Notes: generated by a model not told the origin, from the sequence alone. A stretch of 22,592 nt of DNA from Candidatus Tectimicrobiota bacterium (GCA_016192455.1 JACPUC010000018.1:62001-84592); one strand, 5' to 3'. Numbered from the stretch's first letter, positions 1-8,935 are shown. Made by a program: numbers and translations.

Positions 1-743
1 TCCGACCAGTACTTGAAGAGCTCCGTGAGATCGAAGTAGAAGCTCGGAATGCGGCCGCGGCGCTTGCCGATCGCCTCCACGGCGCGCGGGCTGAAGGTCA
101 TGGGCGAGAGGCCGGGGGGGCAGCTCAGGCACTTCTGCGTGCCGCTGTAGGCGGCGTCCACCCCCCAGGCGTCGATCTGCAGCGGGCAGCCGCCGAGCGA
201 GGTGACGCAATCAATGATGAAGAGCGCCTCGTGCTCCCGGCAGAGGGCGCCGATGGCCTCGAGCGGCTGCAAAACGCCGGTGGAGGTCTCGGCATGGACG
301 AGCGCCACCGCCTTGATGGCTCGTTCCTGCCGGAGCTTCTGGCGCACCGCCTCGGGATCGATGCTCTGCCCCCACTCCACCTCAAGGCGCAGCGCCTCGC
401 CCCCCAGGCGCTCGATGATGTCGCACATCCGCCCCCCGAAGAAGCCGTTGACGCAGACGAGCACGCGGTCGCCGGCCTCGACGAGATTCGTGAACACCGC
501 CTCCATGCCGGCCATGCCGGTCGCCTGCAAGGCAAGGGTATGGCGGTTGCCCGTCTGGAAGGCGTAGCGCAGGAGGGCCTGCACGTCATCCATGATTCCC
601 AGGTAGACCGGATCGAGGTGGCCGGGCACCGGCGTGGCCAGGGCGCCGTACACGCGCGGATGGACGTTGCTGGGACCTGGACCCATGAGCAGGCGGTCGG
701 GAACGGGAAGGGGCGCAATCGGCTGGGCGGGTTCATAGGCCAT
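1..743 (-). CDS. Class-V PLP aminotransferase, alanine-glyoxylate/serine-pyruvate type; 3' end runs off the window
   Basis: Not in the ORF track because it has no stop in the window. Manual translation from ATG 743 (AGGAG RBS, complement at 751-755) gives MAYEPAQPIAPLPVPDRLLMGPGPSNVHPRV...GHLDP...TGMAGMEA...NGFFGGRM...VDAAYSGTQKCLSCPPGLSP. LMGPGPS and the SGTQK PLP-lysine motif are typical of this family. Confidence 0.92.
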   Translation of the reverse strand, partial: MAYEPAQPIAPLPVPDRLLMGPGPSNVHPRVYGALATPVPGHLDPVYLGIMDDVQALLRYAFQTGNRHTLALQATGMAGMEAVFTNLVEAGDRVLVCVNGFFGGRMCDIIERLGGEALRLEVEWGQSIDPEAVRQKLRQERAIKAVALVHAETSTGVLQPLEAIGALCREHEALFIIDCVTSLGGCPLQIDAWGVDAAYSGTQKCLSCPPGLSPMTFSPRAVEAIGKRRGRIPSFYFDLTELFKYWS

Positions 744-872
744 GGTCCGTCTCCTGGTGCTGCGTCGTGGATGGGCTCTTCATGGGACCGAGCCGGTTCC
801 AAGCTTGGCGCTGCGGCTCGGCGCCGAGCCACCCGGCGGGTTGTCAGACGGACGCAGGGTCGAGGTTGGAGG

Positions 873-2114
873 TTAACTTCCCGCCTGCGGCGCGCCAACC
901 GCCGAGGCTGCCTCGGCCGGCGTCTCCTTGATGAGCTCGAGGATGACCGCGTCGGCCAGGAAGAGGCCGCGCCGGGTCAGGCGGCAGCGCTCCGGCGTCA
1001 GCTCGAGGAGGCCCTGCGCCACGAGGTGCTGGAGCGGCCGGGCGTAGTGCTCCTCGAACGCCACCCCGTGGTGCTCGGGGAAGCGGCGCAGGGCGATGCC
1101 CTCCCGCAGGCGCAATCCCAGCATCACCGCCTCGGTGCGCCGCGTGTCGGCATCAAGCCGCTCGCGCCAGTGTGCCGCGCGGCCGCGCTCCCGGATCGCC
1201 GCGGCGTAGTGCTCGGGCTTGCTGTGGTTGCGGAAGCGCTGGCCGTTGAGCTTCGACACGGCGCCGGCCCCGCAGCCCACATACTCGGCGTTCTCCCAAT
1301 AGAGCTGGTTGTGACGGCTGCGGCGCCCCGGGCGGGCGAAGTTGGAGACCTCGTAGTGCTCATACCCCGCGGCCTCGGCGCTCTCCATGGCCGCCTCGTA
1401 CATGGCGAGCTGCGCCTCCTCGTCGGGGAGCGGCAGGGCGCCGCGCTCCTGGAGGCTGAAGAACGGCGTCCCTTTCTCGATCGTGAGACAGTACAGGGAG
1501 AGGTGCTCCGGCTCCAGGGCGATGGCATGGTCGAGGGAGCGGCGCCAGGTGGCGAGGTCCTGACCGGGGGCTCCGAACATGAGGTCGAGGTTGAGGTTCT
1601 CGACCCCCGCCCGGCGCGCCCGTCGCACCGCGGCGTCGATCTCGTCGGCGCGGTGGATGCGGTCGAGCTGGCGCAGGATGGTGTCGTCGAAGGACTGCGC
1701 CCCGAGGCTGAGGCGCGTGCAGCCGCTGCCCACGAGCACCGCGCAGACGGCGTCGCTGAGGCTACCCGGGTTTGCCTCGACGGTGAACTCCAACTCGGTC
1801 CCTCGCCCGGCGGGTGTGTGAGGGGCGCGTGCGCGACAGGCCACCTCGCGGGCCGTCCTCAGCACCTCCTCCAGCAAGTCCGGCCGCAGCAGCGACGGCG
1901 TGCCGCCGCCGACGAAGATCGAGGCGATGCCGCGCCCCGGGCCGATGAGCTGGGGGACGCGGCGCAGCTCTTCCAGCAGCGCCGCCACGTAGGAGACCTG
2001 CTCCTCCCCTTGCCGTTCGGGATGATGCTCGAACGAGTTGAAGTCGCAGTAGGCGCACTTGTGACGGCAGAAGGGCACGTGGAGGTAGAGGGCGATGGAC
2101 TGCGGCGGCGGCAT
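873..2114 (-). CDS. hemW: Radical SAM heme chaperone HemW (HemN-like family)
   Basis: LYLHVPFCRHKCAYCDF (CxxxCxxC), GGGTPS, EANP, RLSLGAQSF, DLMFGAPGQ, YEVSNFA and the HemW-type HNxxYW motif (HNQLYW). A GGAGG lies upstream. Confidence 0.9.
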   Translation of the reverse strand: MPPPQSIALYLHVPFCRHKCAYCDFNSFEHHPERQGEEQVSYVAALLEELRRVPQLIGPGRGIASIFVGGGTPSLLRPDLLEEVLRTAREVACRARAPHTPAGRGTELEFTVEANPGSLSDAVCAVLVGSGCTRLSLGAQSFDDTILRQLDRIHRADEIDAAVRRARRAGVENLNLDLMFGAPGQDLATWRRSLDHAIALEPEHLSLYCLTIEKGTPFFSLQERGALPLPDEEAQLAMYEAAMESAEAAGYEHYEVSNFARPGRRSRHNQLYWENAEYVGCGAGAVSKLNGQRFRNHSKPEHYAAAIRERGRAAHWRERLDADTRRTEAVMLGLRLREGIALRRFPEHHGVAFEEHYARPLQHLVAQGLLELTPERCRLTRRGLFLADAVILELIKETPAEAASAVGAPQAGS

Positions 2115-2204
2115 TGAAGCGATGGCCTCCAGGTGGACCGTTCAGCGCGCTGGTTGCGGGGGCTAGGGCATGGCGACCTCTGCATGCGCAGGAGCCGTGC
2201 CGCC

Positions 2205-2241
2205 ACTCTACCTTGTGTAGCGAGGAATGCAACGGTAAGAT
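2205..2241. promoter_or_regulatory. Putative overlapping divergent sigma70-like promoters for hemW and the substrate-binding protein gene
   Basis: Plus strand: TTGTGT(2213-2218)-17 nt-TAAGAT(2236-2241). Minus strand: TTGCAT(2232-2227)-16 nt-TAGAGT(2210-2205). Both sit in an AT-richer patch between divergent genes. Confidence 0.4.
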
Positions 2242-2358
2242 CGCCCGCGCGGCGTGGCTCGTCAACCGCCGATGCCGCGGCGGTGCCGCCGTTCAGGAAA
2301 CGTTCGGCCCCCAGGGTGACGCCGGCGATGAGGGAGCGGCGGGGCGAAAGGAGGCGCG

Positions 2359-3507
2359 GTGCGGGATCGTGTGCGGCGCCGACATGTTCTGCTGGGGGGC
2401 GTGGCGTGGCTCATGGCGCTGGCCGCCGCCGGCTCCTCGCCGGCTGCGGAGAAACCCGCGCCACCGCTCTTCCTGCTCCCCAGCGCCGGCGTGGCGATCC
2501 CGCAGCACAGCTTCGTCTTCACGCCCTCATACGTGGCCGTGCATGAGAAGTTTGTGGAGGAGGAGGGGGTGCGCTTCTCCTACCACCTCCTGCCGGGGGT
2601 CGAGACGGTCACGGCGCTGGTTGAGGAGCGTATCGACCTGGCTCACCTGCCGGGGACGGAGCTGCTTCTGGCCGCCTCGCTGGGAGCTCCCCTGGTGGCG
2701 GTGGCGCAGACGAGCGACAAGCTCTCCTACGAGGTGGTCCTGCGAAGGGGGCGGGAGGAGGAGCAGCGCGAGGCTCGCGACCTCCCCCTCGCGCAGCGCC
2801 TGGCGCTGCTTCGGGCGGCGCTCTCTCGCGCACCGGCGCTGGCGATCAGCCGCGCCAACGCCACCGACCATCTCCTCCTGCTCCATCTCGCGCGCAGGCT
2901 GGGAAGGGCCGCGCCTGCTGTGGCTGACGGTAGAGAGGGGGGCGGGAGGAACAGGGTGGACGACGAGCGCGGCCGAGCCGCGCCAAGCGCCAGTCCCCTC
3001 TTCGTGGCGCCCGGCGGGCAGGCTGAGCAACTGCGGGCGATGCGCGACGGCCTCGCCGACGGCTTCGCCCAGGCTCCGCCGCTGTCGACCATTGCTGCGC
3101 GGGAAGGCTATGGCAGCATTCTCCTGAGTGGGCCGCGGGGTGATTTCGCCGAGCTTTCTCCTTTCGCGGATGCCGTGCTGGTGGCGCAGGCGCAGCGCCT
3201 CGACTCGGCGCGGTCAACGCTGCGCCGGGTGCTGCGCGGCTATGCCAAGACCCTCCGCTTCCTGCGGACCGCCCAGGGCCGAACGGCCGCCCTGGCGAGC
3301 CTGCAGCGCATCTTTGCCAAGCTTCCCGCGGAGGTCATCGCCGAGGCGTACGACGCGTTGCGGCCTGTCTTCGCGGCGGATGGCGCTGTTGATCCCACGG
3401 CTCTCCAACAGGCGCAGCGGCTCATGCTGGAGGCCGGGCTGCTGAGGGAGCCCCTCGACCTCGGGGTGCTGGTGCGGGCGGAGCTGCTCGAAAACGAGGC
3501 GCGCTGA
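2359..3507 (+). CDS. ABC-type substrate-binding protein, NMT1/THI5/SsuA-like, with N-terminal signal peptide
   Basis: GTG start after AGGAGG. N-terminus RRRHVLLGGVAWLMALAAAGSSPAA is signal-peptide-like. PSYVAVHEKFVEEEGV, ALVEERIDLA, AMRDGLADGF and RRVLRGYAKTLRFL match the NMT1-like binding protein pattern. Confidence 0.75.
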   Translation: MRDRVRRRHVLLGGVAWLMALAAAGSSPAAEKPAPPLFLLPSAGVAIPQHSFVFTPSYVAVHEKFVEEEGVRFSYHLLPGVETVTALVEERIDLAHLPGTELLLAASLGAPLVAVAQTSDKLSYEVVLRRGREEEQREARDLPLAQRLALLRAALSRAPALAISRANATDHLLLLHLARRLGRAAPAVADGREGGGRNRVDDERGRAAPSASPLFVAPGGQAEQLRAMRDGLADGFAQAPPLSTIAAREGYGSILLSGPRGDFAELSPFADAVLVAQAQRLDSARSTLRRVLRGYAKTLRFLRTAQGRTAALASLQRIFAKLPAEVIAEAYDALRPVFAADGAVDPTALQQAQRLMLEAGLLREPLDLGVLVRAELLENEAR

Positions 3508-3561
3508 GCGCGGCGCCGCAGCGGCGCGACACTGCGGTCGGCGCGGCGGCCGGGCCGGGCG

Positions 3562-4572
3562 CTAGCGGGCGAAGGTGCGGATGATGGTGGCGAGGTTCTC
3601 CACCACCCGCTCGGCGGGCAGGCCGAAGGAGGGGGAGTAGAAGAGCGGCAGGTCGATGAGGCCGTCGTAGCGGCTGAGCTGCTGGCGGCAGTCATCGGGC
3701 GTGCCGGCGATCGCCAGGGCATCAACCATGTCGTCGGTCACGGCCTCGACCATGCGCGGGATGTCGATGGTCTTGAACGCCTCGCGGATGGCGCGGGCCT
3801 GCTCGCCGAAGCCGTGCAGATCGAGGATCACGTCGTAGGACTTCACGGTGGCGTAGAAAGCGATCTGGTGCTTGGCCTCGCGGAGAGCAGTGGCGCGGTC
3901 CTCGTGCACGGCGGTGATGATGTAGCTCGTCAGTTCGAGGTCCTCGAGGCGGCGGCCGGCGCGCGCGGCGGCCTCGGCCATGGTGGGACGGGCGATCTCG
4001 GCGATGTAGCGGCGCGAGGCGATGGGGTGGCCCACCCAACCGTCGGCGACCTCGCCGACCAGCCGCAGCATGCCGCGGTTCACCCCAGCCAGGTAGATCG
4101 GGATGCGCGGGCGCACGGCAAAGGGACGCTCGAACTGCGGGATGGCGATGTTGTAGTACGTTCCCTTGTAGCGCAGCGGCTTGCCCTCGGCGTGCCGCCA
4201 GTAGGCGCGGATGAGCTCGATGGCCTCGCGCATGCGCCCCAGGGGGTGGCTGAAGGGGACGCTGTACCAGTACTCGTTCATCGCCTTCGTGCCGCTGCCA
4301 AGCCCGAGCACCATGCGCCCGCCGGAGAGCTCGTCGATGTCCATCGCCGCGGCGGCGTCGAGCATGGGGGTGCGCATGAAGGCGTAGGCAATGCCCGTGC
4401 CGACGCGCACACGCTGGGTGGCCGCGGCCATCGCCGTCACCGCCACGAAGCCGTTGCGGTTGAAGAACTCGATCGTCCAGACGGAATCGAATCCCGAGCG
4501 CTCCGCCTCCTGGGCGAGGCGAACCATGTCCGCGAGAGGGACGTTCGTCAGCGACATTGCAACCTTTTCCAT
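3562..4572 (-). CDS. LLM-class (luciferase-like) flavin- or F420-dependent oxidoreductase, Mer-like
   Basis: AQEAERSGFDSVW, AAATQRVRVGTGIA, DELSGGRMVLGLGSG and IPIYLAGVNRGMLRLVGEVADGW; GGAG RBS upstream. The cofactor (FMN or F420) cannot be determined by eye. Confidence 0.88.
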   Translation of the reverse strand: MEKVAMSLTNVPLADMVRLAQEAERSGFDSVWTIEFFNRNGFVAVTAMAAATQRVRVGTGIAYAFMRTPMLDAAAAMDIDELSGGRMVLGLGSGTKAMNEYWYSVPFSHPLGRMREAIELIRAYWRHAEGKPLRYKGTYYNIAIPQFERPFAVRPRIPIYLAGVNRGMLRLVGEVADGWVGHPIASRRYIAEIARPTMAEAAARAGRRLEDLELTSYIITAVHEDRATALREAKHQIAFYATVKSYDVILDLHGFGEQARAIREAFKTIDIPRMVEAVTDDMVDALAIAGTPDDCRQQLSRYDGLIDLPLFYSPSFGLPAERVVENLATIIRTFAR

Positions 4573-4947
4573 CGGAGGTTCTCCAGGCTCGGTGGCTCGA
4601 CGGCGCAGCGCAAGCGCGCGATGGTGAGGTCTGGCGGATCGCCCCGCAGCCCGGCGGGAGTGAGGCGGCGCGCCTGCCGGACGCGCGCCGGCCGGCGCCG
4701 CGGCCGTGGCGGCTCCCTCAGCGGGGCTTCACGCGGCGGGGAGCGACCCCGCCTGCGGGAGGATAGCAGGAGCGTCGGCGCGCGGTCAACGAGAGGCGGG
4801 CGCAGACGGGCACGGTTGCCGCGCCGCACGGCGAGGCCAATACTAATGCCGAATGCCGCGGCTGCAACCCAGGCGGGCGAGACGGGAATCCTCGCGGTTC
4901 GGTGAAGCCGGCAGAGGTCGGCAGCGTCAATGGACGGAGGGAAAGGC

Positions 4948-5367
4948 ATGTTCAAACGCATCCTGGTAGCGCTTGACGGTTCACCGCTCGCCGAGCAGAT
5001 CCTGCCTCACGTGAAGGAGCTGGCGGTTCAGAGCAAGGCGACGATCTTCCTGCTCCGGGTGGCGTTGGCCCACACCTTTCCGGGGGTCGATCCGACCGAG
5101 CACCAGGTGAAGGTTGTTGCCGAGGCTGAAGAATACATCGAGAGGCTGCGCCAGCAGATGGCCGGGGAGGGCTTGAAGGTTCAGGCGGCGGTGCGGTATG
5201 GACATGATGCCGAGGAGATTCTCGACCATTCCGAGATGAACGAGATCGACCTCGTCGCCATGTCAACGCACGGGCGCAGCGGCGTGCGCCGGTGGGTGCT
5301 GGGGAGTGTGGCCGAAAAGGTGCTGCGGCATTCAAAGGTGCCCATCCTGCTCTTCCGGGCCGCTTAA
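4948..5367 (+). CDS. Universal stress protein (UspA family, single domain)
   Basis: MFKRILVALDGSPLAE...DLVAMSTHGRSGVRRWVLGSVAEKVLRHSKVPILL. GGAGG at 4936-4940 favours ATG 4948 over 4930. Confidence 0.93.
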   Translation: MFKRILVALDGSPLAEQILPHVKELAVQSKATIFLLRVALAHTFPGVDPTEHQVKVVAEAEEYIERLRQQMAGEGLKVQAAVRYGHDAEEILDHSEMNEIDLVAMSTHGRSGVRRWVLGSVAEKVLRHSKVPILLFRAA

Positions 5368-5596
5368 TCATAGTTCGGACCCATCTCCAGCAGCGCGGCT
5401 GGTTTGGCGGTGGGAGAATCTCGCTGGCGCCAGCCTGATCCGCGACGCTTCCGTTGGGGCGCCGCGCGAAGGGTGTGGTTCTTCAACGCGAGTGCGCCGG
5501 CGGTCGCCGGGGTTGGGATGAGACGCAGTGTGGCAGTGCAGCCGAGGCGCGCGGATCGCTCCGGCTCGGCTGCCGGTCGAGGATGAGGAAGCTTCA

Positions 5597-6157
5597 GTGG
5601 ACCACTATCCGGATTACCTGAACAAGTGCGTCTGGGTGCGCGGCGCGCGGCTCGCCATGCGGGCTGCGCGGCCGGAGGATGCTCCCCGCCTCCTGGAGTT
5701 CTGTCGGCGTATGCCCGCCGAGGCGAACCCGTTTCGCCTCAGCCTTCCCGTTGGCGCGCTGGCGGCGCCCGCCACGGCGGAGCTGGCGCTCCTGGATGCC
5801 GCGCGCTCCGTCACCATCGTGGTGGAGCAGCAGCCGCCGGTGGGCGCCCGGCAGGGCGCCATCGTCGCCCTCGGAAGCTATCGAGTCGAGCCGGTCAAGG
5901 GAGCGGCGCCCACCTCGCCCAACCGCCTCGGCGAGCTGGGAATCCTGGTGTCTGAGGAGTGGCGCCAGGAGGTTGAGAGCACCCTCATCCATCACGTCCT
6001 GACGGCCGCGATTGAGTTTCGCATCGACGGCCTCTTCGGCATCGCGGTGCGACGGCTCCCCGAGATGCGCGCCACCCTCGCGGCCAGCAGCGAGCTGGCC
6101 ATGTTGAGCGCCAGCGAGTCCGCGCTGCGGGTGGACTTCGACTTCTCTCGCGTCTAA
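5597..6157 (+). CDS. GNAT-fold protein resembling the GNAT domain of Pat-type acetyltransferases; motif A degenerate
   Basis: GTG 5597 follows GAGG. YPDYL...LAMRAARPEDAPRLLEF...IVALGSY...GELGILVSEEWR follows the YP..RPxRPED..ExAxxVxDxWQ pattern of these GNATs. The start is uncertain (track start 5528). Confidence 0.6.
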   Translation: MDHYPDYLNKCVWVRGARLAMRAARPEDAPRLLEFCRRMPAEANPFRLSLPVGALAAPATAELALLDAARSVTIVVEQQPPVGARQGAIVALGSYRVEPVKGAAPTSPNRLGELGILVSEEWRQEVESTLIHHVLTAAIEFRIDGLFGIAVRRLPEMRATLAASSELAMLSASESALRVDFDFSRV

Positions 6158-6326
6158 ACCCGCTGCCCAGTTCTGGGCTCACCCTGTCGAAACCTTTGCG
6201 GCACACGGGGTGGCCTCTCGCCCGCCGCTCCACTAGGCGGGCAACGTTGCGAGGCGACGGCCGCGCCAGGTTGCCCCGACAGGACGCCGGCGTCCGGGAG
6301 GCCGCGGGGGAGGAACCGAAGCGAGC

Positions 6327-6815
6327 GTGATCCAGGTCCTCCTCTGGGCGCTCATCCTGCTCCTCCTCTTTCTCGGCGTGCTGGGGGTCTTCCTGCCGAT
6401 GCTGCCCGGCACGGCGCTCATCCTGGCCGCGGCGGTCTTGCATGGCGCGGCGACGGGGTTCGAGGCCGTGTCACCGGCCGTCATCGCGGTGCTCGCCGGC
6501 ATCACGCTCCTCTCCTATTTCCTGGATTACGTCGCCGGGGTGATTGGCGCGCAGCGCGCCGGCGCCAGCCGCTGGGGGATCGCCGGGTCGCTTGCGGGGA
6601 CGTTGGTGGGCCTCGTCCTCTTCAGCCTGCCGGGGATGCTCATCGGCATGTTCGCGGGGGCGGCGCTCTGCGAGTGGGCGTTCGCCGGCAGGGACTGGCG
6701 CGCGGCCCTGCGCGCCGGCGGCGGCAGCCTCCTCGGCATGCTCGCCGGCGTGCTGGCAAAGTTCGTCATGGCGGTGGCGATGATCGCCATCTTCTTCTGG
6801 TCGGTATCCAAGTGA
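6327..6815 (+). CDS. DUF456-like integral membrane protein
   Basis: Very hydrophobic and Gly-rich: GVLGVFLPMLPG, LDYVAGVIGAQRAGASRWGIAG, GMLIGMFAGAALCE. GGAGG upstream. Confidence 0.85.
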   Translation: MIQVLLWALILLLLFLGVLGVFLPMLPGTALILAAAVLHGAATGFEAVSPAVIAVLAGITLLSYFLDYVAGVIGAQRAGASRWGIAGSLAGTLVGLVLFSLPGMLIGMFAGAALCEWAFAGRDWRAALRAGGGSLLGMLAGVLAKFVMAVAMIAIFFWSVSK

Positions 6816-6859
6816 CGACCAGCCTGGACCTGCACGCCCTCCCCCCGAAACAGCATCGG

Positions 6860-6887
6860 TTGCAACCTGCACGAGAGACGCTATGAT
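6860..6887 (+). promoter_or_regulatory. Putative sigma70-like promoter for the DUF507 pair
   Basis: TTGCAA(6860-6865)-16 nt-TATGAT(6882-6887), about 110 nt upstream of ATG 6996. Confidence 0.45.
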
Positions 6888-6995
6888 GCCGCGAAAGCAG
6901 GGCGCCTGACGGCAGACGCGCCCGCCCATGACGGCCCACCTATGGTCGGCCGCTTTGTCTCAGAGCGGCGTGCCCCAGCCGCAAGGGATCGGAGC

Positions 6996-7277
6996 ATGCG
7001 ACTCACCCCGGAGATGATCGCCCGCCTGGCCAGGCGGATTTCCGAGCAGCTCGTGGCGCAGGGGGTTGTGGGGCTGACGGGCGCGGCGCAGGACCTCCAG
7101 GCCCTCATCCGCCGCGTCCTTGCCGAGGAGTTGAAACGCGAGGACGATCTGAACGACGAGGTGCGGCGCGTGCTCCAGGGCCACGCCAAGGAGATCGCCA
7201 AGGGGGGAGTGGATCACCAGCGGATGTTCCAGATGGTGAAGAGCAAGCTGGCGCAGGAACGCGGCATCGTCCTCTAG
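6996..7277 (+). CDS. DUF507-like small protein (copy 1)
   Basis: MRLTPEMIARLARRI...EELKREDDLNDEVRRVL...VDHQRMFQMVKSKLAQERGIVL; purine-rich AAGGGA/GGAG upstream. Confidence 0.82.
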   Translation: MRLTPEMIARLARRISEQLVAQGVVGLTGAAQDLQALIRRVLAEELKREDDLNDEVRRVLQGHAKEIAKGGVDHQRMFQMVKSKLAQERGIVL

Positions 7278-7417
7278 CCCGGCGGCCGAGAGACCTCCCC
7301 GGGTTTTGCGTGAGGCTCGCCGCCAGCAGCGCCGTCGGCGCCAGGCGTGAAGCGCGGGCGGCACAACCCCGCTCTGGACTGTCAAACTCAAGGTCCCGCG
7401 CAGGAGGAGGGTCGCCC

Positions 7418-7696
7418 ATGCGCCTGTCCGACGATCAGATCACGCACCTCACCAACCTCCTGGCCGGGGAGCTGGGGAAGAGTCAGCTCATCACCCTGAA
7501 AAAGACGCTGGCCGAGGCGCGCCAGGTGATTGCGCGCGAGTTGCGCGACGAGCTGCGCGGCGAGGACGAGATTGATGCCGAGGTGCGGCGGCGGCTGGCC
7601 TCCTACTCCCGGCGCATCCGCGAGGGCACGAGCGAGTGGGAGGTGATGTACCAGCAGCACTACCAGCAGGCCTTGCGCCGGCGCGGCTTGGCCTAG
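7418..7696 (+). CDS. DUF507-like small protein (copy 2)
   Basis: Strong AGGAGGAGG RBS. MRLSDDQITHL...EDEIDAEVRRRLASYSRRIREGTSEWEVMYQQHYQQALRRRG. Confidence 0.82.
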   Translation: MRLSDDQITHLTNLLAGELGKSQLITLKKTLAEARQVIARELRDELRGEDEIDAEVRRRLASYSRRIREGTSEWEVMYQQHYQQALRRRGLA

Positions 7697-7807
7697 CCGC
7701 GGCGCGGTCGGGCAGGTGCGTCCAGCCCGCCGGCGCGACACGGGAGCGACCTTCCCTTGTTCCACCCTCCTCCCATGAGCTTCCCACCCGCGGATCGGGA
7801 CTCGATC

Positions 7808-8935
7808 ATGGTTGACTTCACGACGCTGCGTCAGGAGTTTCCTGTGACGGCAGAGTACGTCTACCTGAACCACGCCGGCGTCTCGCCCATCTCGCGCCGG
7901 GCGGCGGCTGCCGGGCGCCGCTTCCTCGACGAGTACGAGCGCCACGGCTACGAGCTGAACGCCGCCTGGGAGCGGCGCGCCGAGGAGGTGCGGCGGACGT
8001 TCGCCGCCTGGATCGGCGGCGACGCGGCGGGGGTCGCCTTCGTGAAGAACACCACGGAGGGCCTCCTGATCGTTGCCAACGGCTTCCCCTGGAAGGCGGG
8101 GGAGAACGTCGTCATCAGCAACGTCGAGTTCCCGGCCAATGTCTACCCCTGGCTGAACCTGGCGCGCCGCGGCGTGGAGACGCGCATGGCGCCGATGCGC
8201 GACGGCCGCCTGCAGCTCGACGACATCGTGGACCTCATCGACGCGCGCACCCGCGTCCTCTCCCTGAGCCATGTCGAGTACGCGAACGGCTTCCGGAACG
8301 ATCTGGCGGCGCTCGGCGAGGTCTGCCGGCGGCGCCGCATCTTCTTCTGCGTCGATGCGATCCAGTCGCTGGGGGTGCTGCCCCTCGACCTGCGGGCGAC
8401 GCAGGTGGATTTCCTCAGCGCCGATGGCCATAAGTGGCTGCTGGCGCCGGAGGGGTGCGGCTTCATCTACTGCGCGCCGCAGGCCCTCGATCGCCTCGAA
8501 GCCCACAACGTGGGGTGGAAGAGCGTGGTCAACTACACCGACTATGCCACCTACGACCTCACCCTCCTTCCGAATGCGCAGCGGTTCGAGGAGGGATCGC
8601 TGAACATGCTCGGCATCCACGTGCTTGGGGAGGCGCTTGACCTGTTGGTGGGGTGCGGGCAGGAAGCGGTGTGGGAGCGTGTGCGCGGGCTTCTCGATGC
8701 AGCCGTGGAGGGGCTGCGCCGGCGAGGGTATGAGGTGCTGACGCCGCTGGCGCCGGCCGATCGCTCCGGCATCCTCCTCTTCCGCAGCCCGCGATGGAGT
8801 GCCGAAGAGGTGGCGCGGCGCCTGCGGCAGGCGAGGGTCGTCTGCGCCGTGCGCGGGGGCGGCGTGCGCATCTCACCGCATTGCTACAATACCGAGGAGG
8901 AGATCGCCTGCTTCCTCGAGGCGCTGCGGGCGTGA
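7808..8935 (+). CDS. Class-V PLP-dependent enzyme (cysteine desulfurase-like / C-S lyase-like)
   Basis: LRQEFP..YLNHAGVSP, NTTEGL, EFPANVYPW, DAIQSLG, ADGHKWLLAPEG (PLP Lys), RFEEGSLN and RISPHCYN. Confidence 0.88.
   Translation: MVDFTTLRQEFPVTAEYVYLNHAGVSPISRRAAAAGRRFLDEYERHGYELNAAWERRAEEVRRTFAAWIGGDAAGVAFVKNTTEGLLIVANGFPWKAGENVVISNVEFPANVYPWLNLARRGVETRMAPMRDGRLQLDDIVDLIDARTRVLSLSHVEYANGFRNDLAALGEVCRRRRIFFCVDAIQSLGVLPLDLRATQVDFLSADGHKWLLAPEGCGFIYCAPQALDRLEAHNVGWKSVVNYTDYATYDLTLLPNAQRFEEGSLNMLGIHVLGEALDLLVGCGQEAVWERVRGLLDAAVEGLRRRGYEVLTPLAPADRSGILLFRSPRWSAEEVARRLRQARVVCAVRGGGVRISPHCYNTEEEIACFLEALRA

Noticed and set aside
125-898. 257-aa minus-strand ORF in the track
   Set aside because: Wrong frame and Arg/Pro/Ser-rich. 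The real gene is the aminotransferase starting at 743 in another frame.
231-2117. 628-aa plus-strand ORF
   Set aside because: Antisense shadow of hemW and the aminotransferase, with no motifs; long stop-free antisense frames are expected at this GC content.
3814-4905. Other long antisense ORFs (3814-4905, 7388-8620, 9059-10249, 11311-12471, 12447-13505, 14445-15653, 18369-19508)
   Set aside because: Each mirrors a well-supported gene on the opposite strand and has no recognisable motifs.
7278-7308. CCCGG...CCGGG-TTTT as an intrinsic terminator between the DUF507 genes
   Set aside because: The stem interior is poorly paired and the U-tract is only 4 nt; too weak to call.
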